A stretch of 64,000 bases of DNA, taken from assembly GCF_009914755.1 (NCBI RefSeq), contig NC_060934.1; one strand, written 5' to 3'. Below, one piece after another: positions 28,656-52,009 of this stretch. Below the pieces are notes generated by a model. It saw only the letters and a program-made list of their open reading frames with translations. It made no database searches and was not told the origin of the DNA. The DNA is from the human T2T-CHM13v2.0 reference genome, Homo sapiens. The stretch's first letter is position 1; each line of letters starts with the position of its first letter. Position numbers and translations under genes: made by a program.

Positions 28656-29299
28656 TATTGGATAGTATATACTAAGCAACATGTACCCTGCTTTTGCCTA
28701 GAACATACTGAAAACATGGCATTAAAAACAATCACAAAAGTTGGGAGCTGAGAAAAATCATATACTGTAAAACAAATCTGACAGATATTAATCTCAAGAA
28801 GCTCCTGAAAATGTCTCAAGAACTCCTATGCTGCACTCTCCCTAATAATTTAGACTTTCTACAGATATTTTCTGATCATCTACCGTGTGCCAGGCACCAT
28901 GCCACGTACCAAGATGCCATGGTGAGGTATACACAAAACCGGCTCCTGCTTGTAGGAAGCCTACTCTCTAAAACAGTGCTTGCCAAGCTCGACTGATCCA
29001 ACTTGGGAGCTTGTTTAAGTTCCAAATCGGCTTCCCTGCTTTGGTGAGCCACAATCCGTGGCATTTTTATCAGGTGCTCCCAGTGATTCCTACGCTCTAA
29101 CGGGTTTGGGAGGCAAGGGTGGGGGTAAGCTGGAGAGCCCAGAGCCATCCCGTCCAGCGGGAGCCCCACCTCTAAAGTCCATGTCGCTCAGCATCCTTCC
29201 CCCTGACTAGTGGCCCAAACACAGCACGAAGCTGAGGTGGGTGGAACGCTTTCCAAAACAGCGCTCTATGATGAGCCACTGACAGACTTGCTCGCCTCC

Positions 29300-30330
29300 G
29301 GGAACGAAGAGCTCACTCCTCACAAACCCCCCCCCCCCCCCCGGGAAAGGTAGCACCTGAGCCTCCCGGGCTGCGCCGACACCTGGACACCTGTCTCCCC
29401 GCGGGTGCCACCTACTGCTCCAGGGGACTCCAGTCCCCAGGTTCCGCCCCACGGGGACTGGGGGGAGGGGGGAGGCGCCGCGCGCATTAGGCGCCAACTG
29501 TATACCGACCCCCCCCTCCGGAGTGCGCAGGCCAGCACCCATACACACCCTCACACACCCACACACACTCCCGTGGAAACTGAGGCAGGCAGGCGGCGGA
29601 CCAGGTCCCGCCGCCTGACGGCTCGCGGCTGGGATTGAAGCCGGACCTTCCGCCTCACAGGCGCTCCTCAGCCGCTGAGGCCCGGCCCAGCTCCCACCGC
29701 CGGAGTCTCACAAACAAAGTCTCCTGGCCCGAGCCCCTCACGCACTCACCTGCGCCGACGCCGGCGGCGATTCGGGCTCCAGCCGCCTTCAGCTCCTTGC
29801 GGGGGCCCTTGGGTCGGCTCGGGCGCCGGCGGCGGCGACTGCTCCATATCCACGGGGTCCGGGCGGCGTCCGCCTCGAGTTAAAGGTCCCGCCAGCTAGG
29901 CGCGCGCGCCAGTTCCGCTCGCCATGTTCCAGCCGTGCTGCGCGCCGCCGCGGCGACCCTCACTGCCCCCCAACCGCGCGCGCACCCGCTCCCCGCGCGC
30001 CCCCCCTCCCCGCGCGCCCCGCCTCGCGCCCTCTGGAGCTGACCGCTGTTCCCAGTGTCTCGCCCACCCCCGCGGGGCCCGTCCGACTCGACGGGTGAGC
30101 CCGTGGTTCCCGGCTCCGCACCGTCGCCTGCCTCTCTGCAGACCACCCCGGACCGGACCCCTCAGCCACTTCCCCACGCTGCCCCTTTCGCTTCCCCCAT
30201 GACGCGGGGCCTAGGACGAGGGTCTGGGCCAAGAGGAACTTCCCCGCAAGAAGTGCCGAGCTAAGGACGCTACTAAGGGGGCGGGATCGCCACGTGGAGG
30301 TGTGCAAGCACGTGCCTGCGTCCGGGAGAC
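29300..30330 (-). promoter_or_regulatory. CpG island: duplicated TTC28 promoter/first-exon region
   Basis: Very high GC and CpG density, GC boxes (e.g. ggggcggga at ~30277), surrounding a TTC28-like ATG and splice donor. Confidence 0.85.
29750..29847 (-). pseudogene. TTC28: TTC28 exon 1 paralog (coding part), frameshifted
   Basis: Reverse complement ATG GAG CAG TCG CCG CCG CCG GCG CCC GAG CCG ACC CAA GGG = MEQSPPPAPEPTQG. After a 4-nt deletion the ancestral frame reads PARS*RRLEPESPPASAQ (recalled TTC28 N-terminus: MEQSPPPAPEPTQGPTPARSRRRREPESPPASAP). Donor CAG|GTGAGT at 29749. Confidence 0.88.
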
Positions 30331-30425
30331 AGCCAGACTCAACGGAGAAGCTGAGTTCAAGTCCCACATCTCCACTAACCCTTGCGTGTTAGGGTCAGGG
30401 CTTCAGGACTTGTTTCTCCTAAATC

Positions 30426-30464
30426 TTTTTTTTTTTTTGAGACAGTCTCTGTCACCCAGGCTGG
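30426..30464 (-). mobile_element. Alu 3'-end stub truncated at the duplicon breakpoint
   Basis: (t)n gagacagtctctgtcacccaggctgg runs directly into cggctttttgccc. Confidence 0.85.
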
Positions 30465-31223
30465 CGGCTTTTTGCCCGCCCCGGCTTTTTGCCCCCCCGC
30501 CGCCGCGACTTTTTGCCCGCCGCGGCTTTTTGCCCCCCCCCTCCCCCCCGCCGCGGCTTTTTGACCCCCCGGCCGCCGCGGCTTTTTCCCCACTGCGGTT
30601 TTTTGCCCCGCGCCGCCGCGACTTTTTGCCCGCCGCGGCTTTTTGCACCCCCACTGCCGCGGCTTTTTGCCCCCCGACGTTGCGGCTTTTTGCCGGTCGC
30701 GGCTTGTTGCCCCCCTGCCACCGCGGCTTTTTGCCCCCCATCGCCGCGGCTTTTTGTCCCCCGCCGCCGCGGCTTTTTGCCGGTCGCGGCTTGTTGCCCC
30801 CCTGCCACCGCGGCTTTTTGCCGCGCGCCGCCGCGGCTTTTTGACGCCGCGGCTTTTTGCCCCCACCCCCCGGTGCCGCGGTTATTTGCCTGCCGCGGCT
30901 TTTTGCCCCCGACTGCCGCGGCTTTTTGCCCCTCGCTGCCACGGCTTTTTGCCCCCCCGCCCCCGCTGCCGCGACTTTTTGCCCGCCGCGGCTTTTTGCC
31001 CCCCCGCCGCCGCGGCTTTTTGCCCCCCCGCCGCCGCGGCTTTTTGCCCCCCCGCCGCCGCGGCTTTTTGCCTCCGCGGCTTTTTACCCGCCGCGGCTTT
31101 TCGCCCCTCGCTGTCGCGACTTTTTGCACCACCCCCCCCGCCGCCGCGACTTTTTGCCCACCGCGGCTTTTTGCACCCCCGCCGCCCCGGCTTTTTGCCC
31201 CCCCCCCCCCCGCCGCCGCTGCC
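30463..31223. repeat. GC-rich 'CAAAAAG'-type pericentromeric repeat (GCCGCGGCTTTTTGCCCCC units, ~17-25 bp)
   Basis: Tandem units with a T5 tract and CCGCGG core; minus strand reads GGGGCAAAAAGCCGCGGC. Confidence 0.93.
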
Positions 31224-31796
31224 ATTTCTAGGCTAATAAACTAAGAATCATGTAAACTAAACCAAAATAGAATAGACATAAAAGTCCTGAACACTTCAAC
31301 TTCCTATCCTTCACGAAGTATACCTCGCAAAGCTCATTTGAGAGAGGAAAAGCTTTCCTCCACCCTCTGTTTTACAGCGCTGAGGCTTCTCATCACATTT
31401 CTATGACTTGTAGCTTAAATCCATGTTACATGGTCACTGGCATTGTTAGGACTTCTCTTTTAACACTGTAGGAATTAATCAATTTGGTGGCATATTTAAT
31501 TAATTCTATCACTAGAGGATTGTAAAATTACATATATGAATACCTCACTTTAGAGGCCACTTAATTTTTTTCCAAGGGGATATTTGACTATATTTCACTT
31601 GTGTCTTATTTAATGATTTTATAATTTAAACCCTAAATTATAAATCTAGAATTTAGAAAGTATATTTCCCCACTGGATTACATTTTTGGAAATATTATTT
31701 TATATGTACACAAATATTACAAAATCACTGTAGACACCTGCAAACTATATTATCTTTTAAAGGCAATATTTATATTAAACTGGTATAACAAAATTG
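31221..31796 (+). repeat. Inserted copy of 7148-7723
   Basis: 576 bp with 4 substitutions versus 7148-7723; lies between the GC repeat and a truncated L1. Confidence 0.95.
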
Positions 31797-34700
<2,904 letters not shown>

Positions 34701-36061
34701 CTGAACTGCACTTTCTAACTTTGCAAGGCTGGTACCATACCTACAGATTTGTTGTCTGGCCCTTCAATGTTAAGCACTGAGGTGTTCCCAGTTCACTGGC
34801 AACAACACTCTGATGGGGTGTGCCAGCCAAAGTGCTTCATTGTAGTGATTGTAACAAGGTCCCCACTCACACATATGTGCCAGCAGCAGCAGCACACAGC
34901 AGGTATGCATGTGTTGGCAGGGGTGCAGTGCCAGCAGGAGTGGGATGGGGGTGTTCTGCATACTTGCACGTGCCAGCCGGGGCAATGGTGCTGTGGGGTG
35001 CACTCATGTGCTGCTGGAGACAGAGTGGCAGCATCTTCATGAGTTTTATGTTATCATTCTAGATCTTTAAAAATAATATTTTGGACTTCTAACAAATGTA
35101 TTTGTGAACCCAGAGAAAAAAAGAGTATTATTTTGTGCATTTTTACTTAATCATACCCAAGAAAATTTTACTTTACAATTTGTTCTTTTCACTCAACAAT
35201 AGTCTTGAGGTTTATCCATCTCAAGATAGATACACATGTAGTTAATTCCTTTTAATTGTATAAGATTACATTGTATGTCAACAGCAGATTTTATTTACAA
35301 CGTTATAACAAAAATAACATTTTATTTGTCTCATTTTACATAAATATAAGTTTGTCTAGAATAGTTACCTGGGTTACATGCATTTTTAGTTTGATGTATA
35401 CTGCCAAAATCCTTTCGGTATGGCCACTTTAATTTGCCCTAATACCAACAGCTTATGAGCCTACCTGTTGTTCTTGAAAATCCTTGCAAATCCTTGATAT
35501 TATTAAATTTTATAATGTTTTCCAGTCTGATAATTGAAAAAATGGCATATTTTTGTTATTTTAATTTGCATTTCTGTGATTATTCACAAGCTTGAATATC
35601 TTTTATATATGTGTTGTCCTTCAGCTTTTCCTTATCTGTAACTAGCCTGTTCATATCCTTTGTCCATTTTTTTGTTGAGTTGGTCTTCTTTATTAATTAT
35701 ATCTGTTATATGCATTTGTAAATTATATGTATTGCAAATATCAGTAGATATTTAATTTTGTTTGTGATGATTTTTTTTCACTCTAAGAAGTGTATTTTGT
35801 TATTTTCAACAGACAGAATTGCCAATACACAACACTGTTCACTTGACTTTGAAAATGAAAAAGAGAAAAAGAGGAAGAAAGAGCAGAATTGCTTTTGAAG
35901 TAGTACTTTATTATAGTACTTTTGAAGTTACTTTTGAAGTGCTACTTTAATATAATTGAATGTATCAAAATCTCTTTTTATGTCTAATGCCTTTGTATGT
36001 ATCATTCAAAAAGTCCTTTTTACCTCATGATCACAAATATATTATTCTACATCTTTATTTT

Positions 36062-36965
<904 letters not shown>

Positions 36966-37094
36966 TCAGGTATTATCTTAATTACTATATTATTAGATTC
37001 ACAATTTTTATAAAAGTATAGACTGTCTTCACAGTTTTGTTCTTAGATACTTTGTTTTTTTAATTGATGTTGTGGATTAAATTCTCTTTGATCA

Positions 37095-37368
37095 CTTATT
37101 CCTGGGGAAGCCAGCTGCCATGTCCTGAGGCAGCCCTGTGGAGAAAACCCCGTTGGAAAAAAACTGAAGCCTGCAATGGCTACATGAGTAAACTTGGAAG
37201 CAGATCTTCTCCACCCCACCCTACCTCATGGGAAATCTTAAGTCGAGGCATACAGCTAAGCCATGCCCAGATTCCTGACCCACAGAAGTCATAAGACAAT
37301 AAATATTTGTTGTTTTAAGCTGCTATGTTTGGGGATGACTTGTTAAGCAAAATGAGAAAAATAATACA
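37095..37368 (+). mobile_element. MLT1-type MaLR LTR fragment
   Basis: ggggaagccagctgccatgt..., cccagattcctgacccacagaa, aataaatatttgttgttttaagc...aataca. Confidence 0.7.
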
Positions 37369-38512
37369 ACAGGTGATTACAATGTGCAGCAGAGTTCAGG
37401 AACCACTAAACTAGACCAGTATGTGGTCTTAGAGAAGTCTAGTCTCTTCTTGAGCCCACAGGGAAATCTGTAGCATAAACTGCACCATAGAGTTGTACAG
37501 CCAGAAGCAAATCTCACATCAGTCCGTCATTGGCAGATCTGTCTGGAGGGAAAGTAGAGGGGTGCACAACCTCCCTAGTATTCCCAGGTAGGTGCTTGTC
37601 AGCAGGACAAGGGTTCTAGAAACCTGCAGATATTAGCAGCCAACAAGCAGCACTGGGAGATGTGTTCATTGACCTGGTAAATGGATTCTGGCAGGAGCAC
37701 CAAAAGCATTTCTACACAGGATATACTTCACGCTTTATAAAGTAAATGTAGAAGAGATGAGGTGAAATTCTGGATAAGATATGCCAATAGAAGGTATTCT
37801 GAGCAGGAGCCTCCCCATTCCTCATGGGTGTCATCAACCACTCCAGAAATGTTCTCATTTGCCTTTGTAACTTAGGTGGCCACACTTGTTTTTTTTGGGC
37901 AGACAACTCTGTTCCTTCCTTCCTTACTTACTTATTTACTCAAGAGGTAGGAAATGTGTGGAAGGTAGATTTGTCTGATCATTCTTACAGTGGTAATCCA
38001 AATAATCAACTATTTGGTTTCCCCAGAGGTCTCTCCTGCTCCCAGCGTCTGTCATTTCAGGGCTTGGACCACTTTTAGAAGCACATGTATCTTTTGAGGC
38101 AATCTTATTTACACACATTTTTGTTTATGGTTTCCTTTTTTCAATCCTAAATTGTCTGTCTCTTATCTTTCTGGCATATGCTTAGTTTCTTGTCCATTGA
38201 TGATTCACCTTTTGCTTTCTTGTTAGGTTATGAATTTTTCTATTAACTTTACATCTTCATTTCAAAGGATTTAGGAATAGAGGGAGAGGCTGCAACCTGT
38301 GCTCAGCCCAACATTTTAAACCACGTCTGTATAAAATTTTAGCTAGCAGTAAACAATGCATGAAAAGTTTTATCACCATTAAATTGCATTCACTCAAATT
38401 TGAAATTCTTCTAAACAATGTTTGTTACAAATTTATTATAAACTACTTGTACTTATAAAACACTACTTGATTAAAAAGATGCTTTTAAATTAATTTTCAT
38501 TCTTTCTTTCAG

Positions 38513-38688
38513 TTTTGTTTTAGGTGCTGTCTCTCCTGTTGTTGTTGTCCTTTACACGATGGTGTTGCAAGAAAATGGATATGGTGTTGAGGAAGACATT
38601 CCAACATTACTAATGGCTGCTAGCAGTATGGATGACATTCTGGCTATCACTGGATTCAATACATGCTTGAGCATAGTCTTCTCCTCGG
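38513..38688 (+). pseudogene. SLC9B1: SLC9B1 (NHA1/NHEDC1) paralog exon, 176 nt, open frame
   Basis: tctttctttcag| acceptor; FVLGAVSPVVVVLYTMVLQENGYGVEEDIPTLLMAASSMDDILAITGFNTCLSIVFSS includes the NHA/CPA2 DD motif; donor G|GTAAAC. Confidence 0.92.
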
Positions 38689-39455
38689 GTAAACAAGAAA
38701 ATATAACAACCACCAGATCATTCATGACCTTTTTTGTGAGTTCTTTAAACAGGGTTTCTGGCTTTGCTTCTTCATGTATTAACCAAGACTGTTCAATTTA
38801 ACATCTTTTTAATCTCCATAGAAAGCTCATTCCAGACCAAGGAAGATATTTCAGTGGCTTAAGATACAACTACTTAACACACATGATCTCACTTTAATAA
38901 TCATGTGACAATTAATTTGATAAACCATATTATTACTATTTAACTGCTTCTGTTGCTTTTGAATTTTATCAGTTCTCATTGGAAAAAATTAAACAGCAAT
39001 ATTATTTGTACTACTAATATTTTAATAGGCATTTTTGAAATGTGCCTTTTTGGCCATCCTAATAAACAACTGGTTGCTCTATTATAAGACAACATAAACA
39101 TACAGAGCTGGGACAGCCATATGCCTTTTTGGTAGTGTTAGGACAAGATCCTGCACCAGTTCTGATTCCCAAGGTGATATCTGGTCTTGAATATCACTAC
39201 AGAAATTGTGAAACTAAACATTTCCACATTTAATAATGCTTTAATTATCTGCAATGTTTGAGTCTTCTGTATTATTGAAATGCTAAACTATTTTTAAGTT
39301 GAAAAGTAATATATATACTTTTATAGTTTCTCTTAAAATAAGAAAATATAAATAAATCAGAAAAAGAGGAAAAGTTAAAAATAAAATCTGCAATAGTCAC
39401 ATCCAGAAGAAAAGAATCATTTCCTTCTGAACCTTTTGATATAAATCCACCCATA

Positions 39456-39538
39456 TTCCCTTCCCTTCCCTTTTTCCCTTCTTCCCTTCCCTTCCCTTCC
39501 CCTCTCCTCCCCCTTCCCTTCCCTTACCCCTCTCTCTC
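39456..39538. repeat. (CCCTT)n pyrimidine tract
   Basis: ttcccttcccttccc...ctctctct. Confidence 0.85.
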
Positions 39539-39556
39539 TGTCAAATATTCTTATAA

Positions 39557-41310
<1,754 letters not shown>

Positions 41311-41658
41311 CCTCTTCCTTTTGCCGGCTACTATGCCAAACACTGAGAATAAACAGTAGGCAACAACATTAGCTTTTATTGAATACTTACTTGGCTCTTG
41401 TTCTAAGTTCCATATATGTCACCACTCATTTACAGGTAAGGAAACTGAGAAAGATGTTAAGTAATTTTCTCCAGGACAGAGATCCAATAAGTAGGGGAGC
41501 CGAGATGCAAATCTGACAGTCTTTCACTCCATACCCACACATTTAACTCTTCTCTTCTCCACTGCCTCCCAACACAACAGAGAGACAAGATCAAATGGTG
41601 CATGTTCTCAAGGAGCTTGTATATTAAAGAAAAATTACAAATGGGATGAATATTACAT

Positions 41659-42163
41659 TGTGAAGGTTAATATTCAGTAAGGTGTCAACTTGATTGGATT
41701 GAAGGATCCAAAGTATTGTTCCCGGTTGTTTCTGTGAGGGTGTTGTCAAAGGAGATTAACATTTATTTAGTGGACTGGGAAAGGCAGATCCACCCTCAAT
41801 GTGGGTGGGCACCATACAATCAGCTGCCAGCATGGCTAGAATAAAGCAGGCAGAAGGAGGTTAGTAGAAGCTGACTTGCTGAGCCTTCTGCCCTCATCTT
41901 TCTCCCATGCTGGATGCTTCCTGCACTCAAATGTCAGACTCCAGGTTCTTTGGCTTTTGGACTCTTGGACTTACTCCAGTTGTTTTCCAGGGGCTCTCAG
42001 GCCTTCATCCAGAGACTCAAAGCTGGCCTGTCGGTTTCCCTACTTTTGAGGTGTTGGGACTCGGACTGAGCCAATATTAGATTCCTTGCTCCTCAACTTG
42101 CAGACGGCCTGTTGTAGGACTTCAATTGTGATGGTGTGAATCAATTCTCCTTAATAAACTCCC

Positions 42164-42227
<64 letters not shown>

Positions 42228-42265
42228 TATTAGTTCTATCCCTCTAGAGAACCATGACTAATACA
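41659..42265 (+). mobile_element. MLT2A-like (ERVL) LTR with (TA)n tract at ~42167-42224
   Basis: tgtgaaggttaatatt...gtgtcaacttgattggattgaagga...aataaactccc...ctctagagaaccatgactaataca; TG...CA ends. Confidence 0.85.
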
Positions 42266-42633
42266 GATTCTGATACTGAGGTAATGGAATATTGCTATAA
42301 GATACCTGAGAATGTGGAAGTGACTTTGGAACTGTGTAATGTGCAGAGTTTGGAACAGTTGGGAGGACTCAGAAGAAGACCAGAAGATGTGGGAAAGTTT
42401 GGAACTGCCTAGAGACTTGTTGAATGGCTTTGACCAAACTGCTGATAGTGACTTGGACAGTGAAGTCCAGGCTGAGGAGGTCCGAGATGGAGATGAACAA
42501 CTTGTTGGGAACTGAAATAAAGGTCACTCTTGCTATGCTTTAGCAAAGAGACTGGTGGCATTTTGCCCCTGCCCTACAGATTTATGGAACTTTGAAATTG
42601 AGAGAGATGACTGAGGACATCTGGTAGAAGAAA
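42266..42633 (+). mobile_element. MaLR internal sequence (MST/THE1-int-like), left part
   Basis: gatacctgagaatgtggaagtgactttggaactg...gaagtccaggctgagg; resumes at 51453 after the L1 insertion. Confidence 0.8.
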
Positions 42634-45152
42634 CGTTTGTTGTTGTTGTTGTTGTTATACCTTAAGTTCTAGGGTACATATGCACAACGTGCAGGTTTGA
42701 TACATAGGTATACATGTGCCATGTTGGTTTGCTGCACCCATCAACTCATCATTTACATTAGGTATTTCTCCTAATGCTCTCCCTCCCCCAGCCCTCCACC
42801 CCCCAACAAGCCCCAGTGTGTGATGTTCCCAGCCCTGTGTCCAAGTGATCTCATTGTTCAATTCCCATCTATAAGTGAGAACATGTGGTGTTTGGTTTTC
42901 TGTCCTTGTGATAGTTTTGCTGAGAATGATGGTTTCCAGCTTCATTTATCTCCCTGCAAAGGACATGAACTCATCCTTTTTTATGGCTGCATAGTATTCC
43001 ATGGTGTATATGTGCCACATTTTCTTAATCCAGTCTATCATTGTTGGACATTTGGGTTGGTTCCAAGTGTTTGCTATTGTTAATAGTGCCGCAATAAACA
43101 TACATGTGCATGTGTCTTTATAGTAGCATGATTTATAATCCTTTGGGTATATACCCAGTAATGGGATTGCTGGGTCAAATGGTAATTCTAGTTCTAGATC
43201 CTCGAGGAATCACCACAATGTCTTTCACAATGGTTGAACTAGTTTACACTCCCACCAACAGTGTAAAAGCGTTCCTATTTCTCCATATCCTCTCCAGCAC
43301 CTGTTGTTTCCTGACTTTTTAATGAATGCCATTCTAACTGGGGTGAGATGGTATCTCATTGTGGTTTTGATTTGCATTTCTCTGATGACCAGTGATGGTG
43401 AGCTTTTTTTCTTGTGTCTGTTAGCTGCATAGATGTCTTCTTTGGAGAAGTGTCTATTCATATCTTTGCCCACTTTTTGATGGGGTTGTTTTTTTCTTGT
43501 AAATTTGTTTGAATTCTTTCTTTGTCAAATGGGTAGATTGCAATTTATCTCCCATTCTGTATGTTGCCTGGTTCACTCTGATGGCAGTTTCTTTTGCCGT
43601 GCAGAAGCTCTTTAGTTTAATTAGATCCCATTTGTCAATTTTGGCTTTCGTTGCCATTGCTTTTGGTGTTTTAGTCATGAAGTCCTTGCTCATGCCTATG
43701 GCCTGAATGGTATTGCCTAGGTTTTCTTCTAGGGTTTTTATGGTTTTAGGTCTAACATTTAAGTCTTTAATCCACCTTGAATTAATTTTTGTATAAGATG
43801 TAAGGAAGGGATCCAGTTTCAGCTTTCTACATATAGCTAGCCAGTTTTCCCAGCGTCATTTATTAAATAGGCAGTCCTTTCCCCATTTCTTGTTTTTGTC
43901 AGGTTTGTCAAAGATCAGATGGCTGTAGATGTGTGGTCTTATTTCTGAGGCCTCTGTTCTGTTCCATTGGTCTATATATCTGTTTTGGCACCAGTACCAT
44001 GCTGTTTTGGTTACTGTAGCCTTGTAGTATAGTTTGAAGTCAGGTAGTGTGATGCCTCCAGATTTGTTCTTTTTGCTTAGGATTGTCTTGGCAATGCAGG
44101 CTCTTTTTTGGTTCCATATGAACTTTAAAGTAGTTTTTTCCAATTCTGTGAAGAAATTTATTAGTAGCTTGATGGGGATGGTATTGAATCTATAAATTAC
44201 TTTGTGCCGTATGTCCATTTTCATGATATTGATTCTTCCTATCCATGAGCGTGGAATATTCTTCCATTTGTTTGTGTCCTCTTTTAATTCGTTGAGCAGT
44301 GGTTTGTAGTTCTCCTTGAAGAGGTCCTTCACAACCCTTGTAAGTCAGATTCCTAGGTATTTTATTCTCTTTGTAGCAATTGTGAATGGGAGTTCACTCA
44401 TGATTTGGCTCTCTGTCTATTAATGGTGTATAGGAATGCTTGTGATTTTTGCACATTAATTTTGTATCCTGAGAGTTTGCTGAAGTTGCTTATCAGCTTA
44501 AGGAGATTTTGGGCTGAGATGATGGGGTTTTCTAAATATACAATCATGTCATCTGCAAACAGGGACAATTTGACTTCATCTTTTCCTAACTGAATACCAT
44601 TTATTTCTTTCTCCTGCCTGATTCCACTGGTCAGAACTTCCAACACCATGTTGAATAAGAGTGGTGAGAGAGGGCATCCTTGTCTTGTGCCGGTTTTCAA
44701 AAGGAATGCTTCCAGTTTTTGCCCATTCAGTATGATATTGGCTGTGGGTTTGTCATAAATAGCTCTTATTATTTTGAGATACGTCCCATCAGTATCTAGT
44801 TTATTGAGAGTTGTTAGCATGAAGGAGTGTTGAATTTTGTCAAAGGTCTTTTCTGCATCTCTTGAGATAATCATGTGGTTTTTGTCTTTGGTTCTGTTTA
44901 TGTAATGGATTACGTTTATTGATTTGCATATGTTGAACCAGCCTTGCATCCCAGGGATGAAGCCCACTTGATCGTGGTGGATAAGCTTTTTGATGTGCTG
45001 CTGGATTTGGTTTGCCAATATTTTATTGAGGATTTTTGCATCGATGTTCATCAAGGATATTGGTCTAAAATTCTCTTTTTTTGTTGTGTCTCTGCCAGGC
45101 TTTGGTACCAGGATGATGTTGGCCTCATAAAATGAGTTAGGGAGGATTCCCT
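42634..45152 (-). mobile_element. L1PA 3' half (RT region to 3'UTR) with (AAC)n tail
   Basis: ORFs 44398-45054 (LFADDMIVY) and 43856-44332 are ORF2p; 3'UTR at 42656-42900. Confidence 0.95.
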
Positions 45153-45305
45153 ATTGTTCTTTTTTTTTGGATGAAAAAAGAACTGTTTAATTTTTTTGAT
45201 GTTTTCAATGTTGATATGTTTTCCAAGAATTAGAGAAATATCTCTGGATGGTTATCTAAAATTTATAATTTTTCTACAGATATGGTATGTAGGAGAGTGT
45301 CATAG

Positions 45306-51452
<6,147 letters not shown>

Positions 51453-51955
51453 AGGACATCTGGTAGAAGAAATTTGTAAGCAGCAAAGTGTTCAATTTAT
51501 GACCTGAGTGCTCTTAAAAGTGTTCAGTTTTATGTGTTCACAAAAATATGGTTTGGAATTAGAACTTATGTTTAAAAGGGAGCAGAGCATGAAAGTTTGG
51601 AAGATTTGCAGCCTGATGATGTGATAGAAAAGAAAACCCATTTTCTGGGGAGAAATTCAAGCTGACTGCAGAAATTTGCAGAAGTAACAAGGAGCCAAAT
51701 GTTAATTGACAAGATAATGGGGAAATTGTCTCCAGGGCATGTCAGAGTTCTTCACGACAGCCCCTCCCATCACAGGGTTGGAGGCCTAGGAGGGAAAAAA
51801 TGGTTTTGTGGGCCAGGCCCAGAACTTTGCTGCTCTGTGCAGTCTTGGGACTTGGTGCCCTGTGTCCCAGCCATGGCTAAAAGGAGCCAATGTGCAGCTC
51901 AGGCTATTGCTTCAGAGTTCAATCCCCAAGCCTTGGCAGTTTCCATGTAGTGTTG
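51453..51955 (+). mobile_element. MaLR internal sequence, right part
   Basis: aagcagcaaagtgttcaa...gcagagcatgaaagtttggaagatttgcagcctgatgatg...ggcctaggagggaaaaaatgg. Confidence 0.8.
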
Positions 51956-52009
51956 GGTTGATATGCTAGTTGGCCATTTGTATTTCTTTTTGGAAAAAAT
52001 GTCTATTCA

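Noticed and set aside
30463-31223. CRISPR-like or bacterial terminator array
   Set aside because: No unique spacers or cas genes; primate context and a known pericentromeric repeat class.
30302-31244. Basic, histone-tail-like ORFs (KKPRR/AKSRGG, up to 257 aa)
   Set aside because: Open in all frames on both strands of the GC tandem repeat; no evidence of coding selection.
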